NCBI GenBank assembly: GCA_043228905.1
Contig: JBHGNT010000014.1
Coordinates: 12,710,001-12,774,000 of the forward strand
Length of the DNA: 64,000 nt
From: Azolla caroliniana
Lineage: Eukaryota; Plantae; Polypodiophyta
Reading direction: 5' to 3'
Shown here: one piece after another, positions 37,691 through 50,743 of the stretch
How the letters are laid out: each line of letters opens with the position of its first letter
How positions within the stretch are numbered: position 1 is the first letter of the stretch
The notes under the pieces: generated by a model
The model's database searches: none
What the model was told of the DNA's origin: nothing
The model's input: only the letters and a program-made list of their open reading frames with translations
Made by a program: the position numbers and the translations under genes

Positions 37691-40600
37691 CCCCTCATCT
37701 TCTGCTCTTCTGCCGCCTCTTTCACGTCGGGTTCACCAAAGATGTCGTGTTATTACGCAAGTGCGTGTGGAAACGAGGCGGGACCGCGGGGGTCTCGAAC
37801 CAAAGAGCAAGCGAGGGAGGAGAGAGAGAGAGAACCGGCTACGCAGGACCGGGGATACAGAGGGACACGGCCCTTCAGCACGGAGAACGCGAACGAACAC
37901 CGACACAGACAGATGCGAATGACTAAATATATATATTAAGAATGGCTAAACACGACTACAACCCTCGATGGGGCACAGGTTGGTTACAACCGAGCAGGCC
38001 GGCGAACAGATGCCGATGCCTGTTCGCTTCGACGCACAAAGGGGTAGCCGGTCGGAGGTGCTGCCGGAAGCACTCGGGCGTTCCTCGAAACAGCGCGAGC
38101 CTCCTCGGAACCCTGCACAGAAAAGCTAAGGAGCTCGAGAAGGAAGGAAACAGAGAGCGAAGCGTCCAGAAACGGTCCGACAGCACTTCGTCCTCTCCGC
38201 CCCCCCAGATCCCTGCAACAGCTCTTTCCCGCTCTTATATAGTCCGACGAGCAGGCCGTCATGTCAGCTTTATTCCCTGTCCCTTTCGAACAGGGATCCG
38301 CTCCGTTCTTCACGCATCCGCGTAGTTACGCCGCCGACTCGTGCCGTCCCTTAGCTCGCGCGCGCGCCCTAAAAGACTGTTCGCGCGGTCTTTGTCTCCA
38401 CTCGTGTTAGGGCCCGTTCCTGCCGATTATCCTCCTAACTCGCCTCTATGTTCGACTTGGAGCGTGCGCGCGTGAGGAACCGGTTCCCACGCCTTGGTCT
38501 GCCGATTCCGCTTATGGACGGTTTTCTTCACGACAACGTGCCTCCGCTTCCTTGGGTACGTCATCTCCTCCGACGGAATACAAATGGACCCGGAGAAGAC
38601 AGAAGCAGTCCAAAAATTCCCACGCCCCACCACAGTCAAGCAGCTTCAACGCTTCCTCGGCCTCCTCACGTTCTCTCTTCGTTTCATCTCACGGCTAGCC
38701 GACCTGTCAGCCCCACTACGCGCGCTCCTACAAAAAGACGCACCCTTCCTGTGGACCGAAGCCTGCGAATCCAGCTTCCTGCAGCTCAAGAGAACACTCC
38801 AAGCCTCTGACCTCCTGGCCCACCCTGATTTCACGAAGCCTTTCCATCTGCAGACGGATGCCTCCAATGTCGGCCTTGGTGCGGTCCTGCTCCAATCCGA
38901 CGACAACGACCAACTCCGCCCGATTGCCTACATCAGTCGGTCACTTACCAAAGCCGAACAAAATTACTCGACAACTGAAAAAGAGTTCCTCGCCATCGTC
39001 TGGGCATTCCATCGTTTCCACCCATACCTTCACGGATCAAATACATCAGTCGAAACCGACCATCGGCCATTGCTCTCCCTCATAAAGAAGGCTCATCCAC
39101 CCGGCCGCTTACTTCGTTGGGTTTTGGCGCTACAGGATTACACATTCACTCTGCGCTATCGCCATGGTCCACAAAACATCGTCACCGATGGATTATCCCA
39201 CATATCCTTTCAGGCGAACCAGATAACCTCCAACACAATCGATTTCCCCATATCCTCGTCCCAAATGGCCAACATGCAACAACACGACAAACAAATCCAA
39301 GATATCTGCCACCGCCTACGAGCTGAACCGACATCATCCCTCACCAAGCAATTCATGATCCAGGATAATGTCCTACTTTTTTGTCAAGTAGGCAAAGAAC
39401 CCTGAGTCTACATGCCTGAGCAACTACGCCAGTCTTACCTTCGTTTCTTCCACGATCACCCGTTGTCCGGCCACTTGGGTTTTCATAAGGTGCTCGACAA
39501 AATTCGTCGCAAATTCTATTGGCCTGGGCTACGCCACGAGGTCGCCTCCTACATCAAAGCATGCAACTTATGTCAGGCCATCAAATCACCTCAAGTGGCT
39601 CAAGGCCTCTTACATCCGATACAAGTTCAAGCTCCATTTGAAATCGTCGGATGGGACATTATGGGCCCCTTTCCCGAGTCACAAGGAGGGAACAAATTCA
39701 TCCTCGTCATCACCGAGTACTTGACGCGTTGGGCTGAGACGGCCGCTATCCCAGATGCAAAGGCTATGACCATCGCCTCCAAACTATTGGAGAAAATCAT
39801 CTTCCCCCACGGTTGCCCACTCCAAATCTTGTCCGATCGAGGACCCCAGTTCAACGGTGAGCTCCTACGCCTCGTTTCAACACAACTAGGAATCCAACAG
39901 TTATTCACGTCACCCTACCATCCCCAAACGAATGGGTTGACGGAGCGCCTCAATCAAACCTTAAAACAACAAATCTCAGCCTACATCGATCTGCTGCACT
40001 CAACCTGGGACCGAATCTTGCCCTTCGTTACGCATGCCTACAACACAACTGTGCAAGCCTCTACCCGCATTAGCCCATTTCGGGCCCTTTACGGAAGGGA
40101 CCCGCGCTTACCCCCAAAAGTGGCAGTCCCGCAACCAACCACACGACTCCACGCTGACGCAGTGTCTTGGTGGTCCCACCTACAACAACTCCAGCCCCTC
40201 CTCCGCAAAGCCATCACGAGCAACCTGCACCAGGCACAACTACGCCAAAAACGACAACACGATATAGGCCGTGTCGACCATCAATACCACGTCGGTGACA
40301 AAGTCCTCGTCTACTTCCCCATCCGTCGCCGTGGTCTCAGCGAATCGCTCATGCACCGATGGATCGGTCCCTTCGAAGTTCAAAAGCAGATACGCGACAC
40401 TACATACCTGCTCCGCCGCGCCTCCAACAACCGCTCTACCTTTGCTCACCAGTCTCGCATGAAGCCCTTCCATCAACTACCACCGCCCCCGCCCACACTC
40501 ATGCCTACGCCCACGCCCGTGTCATCCCCCCGTCTGGAACCGTCGTCCACGCCTCGTCGCGCTTCGACTGCACAGTAACTTTTTTTTTTACAAGGGGGAA

Positions 40601-43030
40601 TTGTGGTGGTCACATGGACCACACCTAGATTAGGCCCCTACCAAGCCCCATGCACCACACATAGACCACACCCAAATTAGGCCCCTACCAAGCCTCATGC
40701 ACCACACCCAAACTAGGCCCCCACCAAGCCCCATAATTAGTAGAGCTAATTGGAGCGGGAGAACACCCTCCACGCTAGGAGAGAGTCTATAAAATGTAAC
40801 TTGAGACATAATGAAAAGGGGGCTATTCTTGAGAGCATTTCACATCTTGAGCATTTCACAATATGATGGTTTGCATACACATAACAAGAGTGCTTCTTGC
40901 CATGAGATAACCAAGTGTTGAACACATGAAGAGCCAAGAAACTTAAGTGAAATACATCCGTTCAGTAATTGCCACCAGAAAGCCTTGGTCGTTGTCCTCC
41001 CATATGTTAAACTTGTGTTCTCAATGAAATATTGAATAGTAGATATCCATGGTTGTGAGTCTCAACACATGTCTTGTAATAATGAAAAGCTATAGTATGA
41101 GTCATCATATGAATAGATAAGTCCAATATTCCAACTCCTCCTTAGGGGTTGTTAGATGATTCCATGCAACGCATGTGATTCCCATCTTATCCCTCTTCCT
41201 CCACAACAAATATTGAAGAGGTTGCAAAACAGAATGCAAAGCCATCTTTGTCCATGGCAACAATGGCAAGTAATATAATATCATGGGTTCCATAATACAT
41301 TGTACAACCTTCAAGTGTAAATGAAATGGCCAAGATTGTGACTTCAAATACATGAGCTTATCTCTTAACTTACTATACATCCATTCAATCAATTGACCAC
41401 TTGTAACCTTCATTCTTAAGGGATATCCCAAGTGTTGAAAAATAGGGTCTTTCCTCACCACAGATCCTTGCCATCCTAAACATTCAAAATCCCTTTCAGT
41501 ACATGATATGAGACTAGACTTCCTCCAATTAATATCTAACCAGAAGCCAATGCAAATTGGTTCCATAAAAGCATCCCCTTCTCAAGATTATCTCGTGAGG
41601 CTTGTAGAAACATGAAAGAATCATCTGCCAAAGCTTGTGCTACTACTTGCCCTCCAAATGGAAGGTGTAGATCCACAATGTCACCATTTAATGCAAGCCT
41701 TGATAACATCACTAACAAGGGATGAGTAACTAGAGAAAACAATAATAAGCTAAGCAGGCATCCTTGACGAATAGAACTTGTGAGCACAATATCCGATGTA
41801 ACTCCCCCCATTCAACATTACTCGAGACACTGCATCTTGTCCTAATAAAAATATGAGGTGAGACATACAAGGTCCAAAGCCCATTGTATGCATTAACCCA
41901 AAAACAAAGGACCAATTAACATGATCATAATCTTTCTCCAAATCTAATTGCACCATAATCAATTCTTGGTGCGTGTATCATGCATAAAGCATCGCCATTT
42001 GAGCATTCAACACATTATGCAATATATTCCTACCTGCAATAAAACCATATTGGGCGGGATGTATCAACTTAAATACTTTTGTAATCTATTTACCAAGACC
42101 TTTGAAAATATTTTATACAACCCCCCACCAAAAAAATAGGCCTCCATTGATGAAATGACTTAGGAGATGCCACCTTCTGAACTAATTTAATTAGACCAAC
42201 CTTCCAAGCTTGAGGCATACAACCAAAATCCCAACAACGTTGAAACATCCAAATTAAGGGCGCTTTTAAAATGTTTGGATATCGCTTAAAATTTTCATCT
42301 CTCAAGCCATCCTAACTAGGACTCTTACCACTAGGAAGATACCTTAAAATCGTGTCCACCTCATCCTCAAGGAAATCCACATCAAAATCATGACTAATGA
42401 GGTCGTGCACAATATATCTAACCACATCATAAAATCACGACGTGCTCTACTCACCTCAATTGTCATTAACACATATTGCAATTATTGTAGCAGGATGCAC
42501 TACAAATTTATCCCCTTGCTTCACATGTACCACATTCGATTGAGCATAGGTAGGATGTAATGCTTGGAAAAACAAATGAGATGAACATTGATTATCTATG
42601 AGCCCATCCCTGAGTTGTCGCATCTTAGAATAATGATAAAATTTGGCATTGCAACTAAGAAATAATAATAATAACAATAATATGCTCCTCATCTAATAGT
42701 GCATGTATCAATAATGCAGTACACCTAGAGAGAACTTGTGAAAATTGTCAGAGAAAACCTCGCCATAGTTGGGCATTAGTTACCCCATACATATGATGAA
42801 TGATCTTAATGTTTCGTAAAGTGATATCCCATGCTTTAACTCCTTTAAAATCCAGTTGTTGTGAAAAATCACCAAAATTTGCATCATTAGAGGTTGAAGC
42901 AAAAGTGAGGTGTTAAAGTGCAATCGACGCTTTCCAAGTAAGGATTTATACATGTCAATGGCATGACTACAAACCTCCAAACAAATAGGAAAGTGGTATG
43001 TAGTTCCCACATCTTGTAGACCTTTTATAT

Positions 43031-46000
43031 TGTAACAAATCAAGAGATGGATTTTATGCAGCGGAATAGATATGAATTGTGTGTGTATGAGAGAGAGTGT
43101 GTGTGAGAGAGACAAGGAGTAAGACACCGAGAATACGCAAGGTAAAGTATATTAACAAAGGAGAAAGACTCAACATTGTACAAGGTGGGAGGAGGGTGCT
43201 TTATATAGTCACCCTCTCTCTTCATTAACTACAAGACTCATGGAGCATGGGGAATGTGAAAGCTCATAGGTTATGTGTCATAGAATATGATTCTATGACT
43301 CATACTAAATGCTAGAATACAAAGTGGTGACATAATGGTGACTCTTGACCATTGGAGTGTCTATTCACTCTCAAGGTGAGTTCACACACTAGACCAAGTT
43401 GAGCTTGATTCTCAACACGCCCCCTCAAGCTCAAGTCGAGTCGGTTTCAGACGGTATTTGAAATCCGCTTCTACTCGCGTTCCGAAGTCCATGTCAACTC
43501 ACGTAGAGTCGCATTTATGCGGAGTTGCGGAATCTGTGCTCCAGCTTGCGATGTGCGTAGTTGCAAAGTCTGTGCTTCGGCTTGCGTCTTTCTTCGCGGC
43601 TTTGCGCGGTAGATCGGCTCTTCGCGGCTTCGTTGCGCGGTTGCGGAATCCACACGTTATTGCGTAGTGTCTTCAGTACTCCCCCTCAAGCTTGGCAGGT
43701 CAGGGATTGTCAATCCAAGATCGATCATGAATTGCCATAGCTTGTCAGCTCCTAAGGCTTTAGTGAAGATATCGGCCGTTTGAAGATTTGTGCTAATGTG
43801 TTGTAGGTCGACATCGCCAGCTAGAACGCACTCTCGGATGAAATGATAGTGCGCCTTGATGTGCTTTGTCCACGCGTGGAACACTGGGTTTCGAGCCAGA
43901 TAGATACTGCTCATGTTGTCGCAATAAAGGGAAGTCGGATCCTTTATGGGTACGCCTAGATCCTTGAGTATCCTTTTGAGCCATACGGCTTCACATGTGG
44001 CCACTGCCACGCCCCTGTATTCCACCTCTGTGCTCGAAAGAGTGACAATTGGTTGCTTTTTGCTGCTCCAGGATATTGTTCCGCTGCCGAGGGAAAAAAC
44101 AAATCCGGATATTGATCTTCTATCGGCTTTGTAGACGGCCCAATCGGCGTCTGTGTACCCCTCGATGCGTATTGGCATCGCGGTCTTGTAGAGGATGCTG
44201 CAATCCATTGCGCCACTCACGTATCGTAGAACTCGCTTAGCGCAATCCAAGTGAGTATCACGCGGTGTTTGCATGAATTGACTAAGGAGACCGACCGGAT
44301 AACTGAGATCAGGTTTAGTGATCCTGAGGTAGATGAGACTCTCGATGAGTTGCCGATACTAAGTTGGCTCACACGCTTTGGTGCTGGAGTTCGCATCTAG
44401 TTTGAGATTGTGATCGAGCGGGGTTGCTGCGGATTTGCACTCAGCCATCCCGAACTTGTATAACAAGTTGAGGATGTAGTGCCGTTGAGAGATCATGATT
44501 CCGGCCGGAGTCCGAATTACCTCGATGCCGAGGAAGTAGTGGAGCTCCTTCATGTCCGTCATCTCGAACTTGTCAGAAACGAGAGATTTGACCTTATTGA
44601 TTTTGACGAGATGCTCACCTCCAATGACTAGGTCATCCACATATAATATGATGACGATCGGACTTGCGGACTCGCTTTGTATGTAGAGGGAGTTGTTCGA
44701 TTTTGACATACGGAAGCTGATTTGATGAAGATATTGCGTTATCTTCGAATGCCAAGCACGCGGTGCTTGCTTGCGGCCGTAGAGTGGCTTCTTGAGTCGG
44801 CATACAACTTTCGGATGGGTGCTCGAGTTGAAGTCGGGTGGTTGTATGATGTACACCTCCTCTTCTAATTCGCCTTGTAGAAAGGCATTCTTGACGTCCA
44901 TTTGATGGAGGTGTCACCCTTTTGCCACATCAAGCACAATTATGGTCCGTACCATCGTCATCTTTGCCACCGGGGCAAAGGTCTCCTCGTAGTCAACTCC
45001 GTGCATTTGGGCGTAGCCTTTCGCTACGAGTCGCGCTTTGTAGCGGTTGACGAAATCGTCGGCGTTGTACTTCACTTTGTAAATCCATCTGCATCCGATC
45101 TCCTTTTTGTGTGGTGAGGTGGGAACGAGATCCCATGTCTTGTTCTTGCGTAGTGCCTGCATCTCCTCGTTCATGGCTTCGATCCATCGCAGATCCTTGG
45201 CTGCTTCGGAAAATGTTTCCGGCTCGCGTACTGTCGCCACCTTCATCATAAAGGCATAGTGATATGCCATGTAGTCATTGTAGCCAAATTGGCTGACTGG
45301 ATTCTTTTCACGGGTGGAGCGACAGAGCTTTTCATTTGAAGAGATGAGGGCTTTCTTAGCTCCGATTGGTACATCGAAGCCGCTGAACTCACTGTCGAGT
45401 GAGTGAGTCGACTCATCATCGTCGAAGTGATCGTCTTCGTATTCCGACATTTTCGCCTTGCCTTTGTCCATCTTCGGGCTAGGCCGTGATGTGCTTTGAT
45501 CGCTCAAAGGCTCTTGTGGTCCGCTCAGTCGGGTCGTGATCGGACTTTCTTCGAACATGCGCGTAAGGAGATCTTCCTCTATCTCTTGTTCGGCGGATTC
45601 CGGGTCGAGCGGAGTCGGAGTCGAAGTTGTCTCTGGTGCGTACCAGGATGCGGACTCGTCAAAAACGACGTCTCAACTTACTCAAGATTTTCGAGTTGAG
45701 GGGTTGTACCCCTTTTGCTCCAGTGAGTATCCTACGAGGATACATTTCTCCGACTTCGGGTCAAGCTTTTGACGCTTCTCGTTGGGGATGTGCACGTACG
45801 CTATCACGCCGAATATCCGGGTGTGCGATAAGTCCGGCTTCTTTCCGAAGTATTTTTCGTGCGGAGTGACCTCGTGCACTCCGGATGTTGTGCACCGGTT
45901 CATTAGGTAGACGGCCGTATTTGCAGCTTCGGCCCAATATGACTTGGGCATATGCTTCTCGTTCATCATGGCCCGCGCTACTTCGAGGATGTGCCGATTT

Positions 46001-48175
46001 TTGCGCTTGGCTACTCCGTTTTGTTGCGGACTGTGTCGGCAAGTGATATCTCGCCGAATTCCTTCCTTTCGGAGATACGCAGTGAAGTGGTCTGAGAAGT
46101 ACTCCTTGACGCCATCCGATCGAAGGCATTGTACATGACAACCAGTGGCTTTTTCGACTTCGTTTTTAAACCTTTCGAAGTGTCCGAACACGCTCTTTTG
46201 CCGCATCGAATAGAGCCACATGTGCCTGGAGAAGTCGTCGATGAAGAGCACATAATATCGGCATCCGTTGAATGTATCCGTCAGCGCCGGTCCCCATACG
46301 TCGAAATGGACTCCGTCGAGTTTGCTCACGTTCCGCTCTTTTGGGAATGGGTGTTGGTGTTGTTTGCCGAATTGGCACGCTTCGCAACACCTTCAATCTC
46401 CTTCTCTTTGAATGTCGGGAGTCCGATGACAACTCCTTCCGATTTCATTGCTTTGAGTTTGTTGAGATTGATGTGGCCGATTCGCTTCTGCCATAGCTCT
46501 ATGTCAGAGTCGGCTTTTGTGCTTTTTGCGAACATGGTGGATTTCTTCTCATGTGAATTGAGAATGAACATCCGGCCCTCTCTTCTTCCGTGCGCGATGA
46601 TTCGGCCCTCTTCTTCGGTGAAGCACCCTTCTAGGTCGAATCGTACTTGCATCCCTTGCTCAACCATTTGGCCGACCGAGACCAAATTCTTCGTGATGGT
46701 GGGAACATGCAAGACATTTTTAATGTATGTTTGCTTACCTCTTTCGCTGAACGGAACATTGCCGATATGCCAAATCGGGTACATAGTGTCATCTCCGGTT
46801 TCGACATAACCGGGTCGCTCCGGCTCTCGAAGTTCGAGAAACCATTCTTTATGAGATGTCATATGGTTTGAGGCTCCGGAGTCAACAAACCATACGTCCT
46901 CCAGATTGAGGGCACTAGTTGAGGTAGAGGCCGACATAGAGTTTGCTCTATGTTTCATCATGAACATTCCGCCACGGTCAGAGTTGTGTGCATACATTCC
47001 GCCACGATCTTCATAGTCGGAGTTGTGCCCATACATTCCGCTATACTCTTCGTAGTCGGAATTGTGCACGTAATTCGTGAGTTGTCGGCTTGTTGGCTTG
47101 TGGAAGCCGATTCGCGCATCTTCTTTCGGCACTCTTCTTCGTGGTGGACAAGCTTTCCGCAATATCCACATTCGGTTGCGTTTTGACGACTCGGGCTGGA
47201 GTGGAAGCTCCCCCTTCTTGCGAAGGTTCCTCGTTGGCTTCCGTTTTGCGGCCGAAATTGGGAGTTGTTGTCGTAGGTCGGACCTCGTCCGCCTTGTCCT
47301 TGGCCGAATCGGCCTCTCACTCGTCCACGTCCTCTTCCTCCGTTCGAGTGAGTGTAGAGCATGTGGCCTTCCGACTCATTGCTCCTTGTACCCACGTGGT
47401 TTTCTTCTACCAATAGCATTGATTGGAGCTCGAAGGAGGGAGATTTCTCCCTTGCTAGAACGGCGGTTCGCATCGCATCGAACCGTGGTGCGAGGCCGCC
47501 GAGGCATATTTGCACCATCTCATCATCATCGATATTTACGCTTATCGAGCCGAGCGAGTCATACAACTCCTTGATCTTCAAGGTGTATGTTGTGATGGAC
47601 ATGTCCCTTTGTTGAATGTTGTTCAACTCTTGGCGGAGTTGAAGCCTTCTTGCGGTTGTGTTCGCCGCGAAAATCTTTCGTAGATTTTCCCATGCCTCCT
47701 TCGGCGTCTTGGCTTCACGAATGTAGCCGAGCATGTGATCATGAACACATGTCGCCAAGCAATACATCACGCGGCTTGTGGCTTGCGGTTTGCTCCCATG
47801 TCATATCGGCGTGAGGCGTGTCGGCGGGTCAGTCTTCGTGCGCTCCTTTGATGTAGCTCCAATAGCCTTGTCCGACAAGGTATTGGTGCATCTTGTACTC
47901 CCAAGATGCGCAATTGTTTCAATCTAACTTCTCGGTAGGGAGAGCGCTCCCCATTTGAGTATTAATTATGTCGATTCTTCTTCCTCCTCTTCTTCTCTCT
48001 TCGAATGCGAGCTATGTAGCAATGCTACGATAGCGATGAGCCGATTCTTGGCCGTCGGCATAGGACACGGTGCACGTGAATGGGCTATAGATCGAGCTAC
48101 CAAGTCACTCTGATACCATGTAACGAATCAAGAGATGGATTCTGTGCATCGGAATAGATATGAATTGTGTGTGTG

Positions 48176-48238
<63 letters not shown>

Positions 48239-48536
48239 TAAGACACTGAGAATACGCAAGGTAAAGTATATTAACAAAGGAGAAAGACTCAACATTGTAC
48301 AAGGTGGGAGGAGGGTGCTTTATATAGTCACCCTCTCTCTTCATTAACTACAAGACTCATGGAGCATGGGGAATGTGAAAGCTCATAAGTTATGTGTCAT
48401 AGAATATGATTCTATGACTCATACTAAATGCTAGAATACAAAGTGGTGACATAATGGTGACTCTTGACCATTGGAGTGTCTATTCACTCTCAAGGTGAGT
48501 TCACACACTAGACCAAGTTGAGCTTGATTCTCAACA
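43031..48536 (-). mobile_element. Copia-E: decayed Ty1/Copia element (Ale-like, tentative) inserted in the LINE
   Basis: LTRs at 48119-48536 (5') and 43031-43417 (3') with variable (GA)n. TSD TATAT/CATAT (1 mismatch). PBS TGGTATCAGAG directly adjacent; PPT GAGGGGGCG. Frameshifted Gag, WFVDSGAS, HFDVWGP, MDVKNAFL, YVDD, ADIFTKAL. Confidence 0.92.
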
Positions 48537-50176
48537 CATATAAAGTGATGTCGGTAAAAAAAGAATCATCATGCATCACATACATTCTATCTAACTGACT
48601 CCAAGTTTGTTTATGTTGAGCAGATTAGAAGGTAAAACCTAGATCATTCTCATGCAACCACGTCCAAACATCCAACTTCAAAACCTCCATAGCCAATGAA
48701 ACCCAAGCAATTTGTTCAGAATCATCCATGATTGAATGTTCATAGAACTTCAGACGTAGATTGAGATGCATCAACGCACAAATTAAAATCACCCATAAGT
48801 AATCCTGGACAACCCACATATAGGGTCTAAAAGAGTCAACCCCATGATGCAATATGTTGAGTGGCTTGGTTAGGGGCCTAAATCCCAACCAACCACACAA
48901 CTTGGCACCAAGATAAGTGATTTTTATACCCAAAAACCGACCATAAGGGTCAGTATGCATTACTTCTTATGAGAAGAACATTCCCCTCTCAGATTCCATG
49001 TTACCACTTTCATTCAATCAACAATGTTATGGGTGCACTTGCTCCTATGAAACTATTCAAAGTATATTCTCATACGAATTTCATGCACCGCATCCTTAGG
49101 TCTGTCTGTAAGCACTAAACTTTGATTTTCCATATCCATAGATTGAGTTCCCTTATTCTTTGGGCCCAAACCTTGAAGTGTGGCCTCTTTATCACCTGCT
49201 CTAGAAGCTTTTCCTTCATTCATAACAATCACAAGATCTGGCATACCAACATCTCTTTCAAGTCCTTCCTTACCATTCCTTCATTAGGAACCTCCAAAGT
49301 TGAAGGACAATGGCAATGGCATTTCACCATAAAGTGACCCCATTCACCACATCCAAAACCATGTATGCGAGTTTCCCATTAAAAAATAATATAACCACAC
49401 GATCATAGAATACATCAAAAGATTGCAACACTGCCTTAGCATCAACTTCCACATCATGCACATCCTCATCGATGCACTCTTTTGTTGCGTTTTCATTTTC
49501 TTCAATAATATCAGACAGCAAGATATTGACAACAATCCTGCATAAATTATCCCAATTACGATGATCCTTGTCAACCTTCATCTACATGTATTGCCTCGGC
49601 ATATGTCAACTTCTTTTCATTAATTTCCTCAATACCCTTAAATCTCTTAGAGCTCCAAAATTTTCCCTTTTCACGCGTACATTCTACCCTCACATTACTC
49701 TTTATTGGATCCAATTGTTCTCATGTCGATATCCCCCACAATTTGTGAGGAATTCATTTTTATATCCGCTGTTCTTGATGTGATAAAAATTCAAGATAAT
49801 AATAATAAGAGATTTTTCATGAACAAGAGAGAAAATGAGAGATTGAAGAGATCTAAGATGAAGAAGACAATTGGAGGCCCACAATGTGTGTTGATTGAGT
49901 ACATATGTGTATACCAACAAGGCACGCACGAATCTTAATTTCTACCATTGCTTATAGTACACACCACCACAATGTGTGTTGATTGAGTACATATGTGTAT
50001 ACCGACAACGCAAGCACGAATCTTAATTTCTGTCGTTGCTTCTAGTACACACCACCAAATTAAACTTGTTATATATCGTTACGAAGCTCTTCTAACTATT
50101 ACCTTCCTCCGATCCGAAGAGTGCAGGAACAAAATCAAATTCGCTTTTTCTTCTTCCCCTCTCCTCTCTCCTTTTT

Positions 50177-50183
<7 letters not shown>

Positions 50184-50224
<41 letters not shown>

Positions 50225-50445
50225 AGAAAGAGTAAGTGGGTGTTTTCTCTTTTAAGAATCTTGACAAAAGAGAAAGGTGTGATTTGGAATTTGATACAAT
50301 AGAGTGAAGAAGAAGAAGAAGACTCTCTCTCTCTCTCTCTCTCTCAAGAGAAAGAGTAAGTGGGTGTTTTCTCTTTTAAGAATCTTGACAAAGAGAAGAG
50401 TTGTGATTGGAATTTGACACAATAGAGTGAAGAAGAAGAGAAGAA
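50184..50445. repeat. Tandem duplication with (CT)n directly upstream of the DHH gene ATG
   Basis: Two units of (CT)n-CAAGAGAAAGAGTAAGTGGGTGTTTTCTCTTTTAAGAATCTTGACAAA...ATAGAGTGAAGAAGAAG. Confidence 0.85.
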
Positions 50446-50453
50446 GAAGAAAA

Positions 50454-50686
50454 ATGGGCAGGGGAAGTGCTATCCTCTACCATTTTCCATGTCCAGATGG
50501 AGTGTTTGCAGCTCTAGCAGCTCATCTGTATCACTCCAAGCTGTCTCTTGACGCCGTGTTCTTCCCTAACCCTGTATATAATCCCATTAAGTAAGTATGC
50601 GGTGCTCTTCTTCTTTTTCTTTGTGTGTTTTAGGTTTGAGGTAATTTTGTGTGTTTTAGTTTTGGAGCTTTGTATGTGTTCTGGAA

Positions 50687-50743
<57 letters not shown>

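Larger units (their letters stand above)
31230..38535 (-). mobile_element. Gypsy-D: full-length element of the same lineage as Gypsy-A, youngest in the window
   Basis: 793-bp LTRs at 37743-38535 (5') and 31230-32022 (3'), 2 differences, termini TGTCGTG...CACGACA. 4-bp TSD ACGT (31226-31229 / 38536-38539). tRNA-Trp PBS at 37722-37738, 4 nt from the LTR. PPT GGTGGGGGCGGA. Confidence 0.96.
29975..40578 (+). pseudogene. pol: Gypsy-B pol (PR-RT-RH-INT) in the -1 frame, split by Gypsy-D, with stops at 29999, 31193 and 39403
   Basis: Protease VLLDSGSSIS (~30152-30181), RT MPFGL/YLDD, junction KKCRWGST|CLRFLGY, RNase H QTDAS/ETDH, integrase HHCC, SDRG, WIGPF. Confidence 0.9.
23330..40860 (+). mobile_element. 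Gypsy-B: non-chromoviral Ty3/Gypsy element with short LTRs, interrupted by Copia-C and Gypsy-D
   Basis: 259-bp LTRs at 23330-23588 and 40602-40860 (1 difference). 4-bp TSD ATAT. PBS TGGTGGAGA (tRNA-Ala-like) at 23592; PPT AAGGGGGAA. Reading frames rejoin exactly when the nested inserts plus one TSD copy are removed. Confidence 0.93.
14970..50183 (-). mobile_element. Degraded L1-type LINE split by three LTR insertions; pieces 14970-15343, 22641-23329, 40861-43030, 48537-50183 (~4.9 kb)
   Basis: Minus-strand ORF2 remnants: WKVGLIKL..K....WRPI (42090-42305), QLDLEKDYDHVNW (41750-41962), SIRQGCLLS..LF and QALADD (41536-41811), YPL...YYLP (41105-41566). Endonuclease-like remnants at 48540-48960. 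Both ends abut (CT)n. Assignment of the two leftmost pieces and the exact ends is inferred. Confidence 0.75.

Noticed and set aside
31935-37939. Long antisense ORFs over Gypsy-D (245, 269 and 313 aa) and over Copia-C
   Set aside because: Shadows of GC-rich coding sequence with no domains and no counterpart in Gypsy-A.
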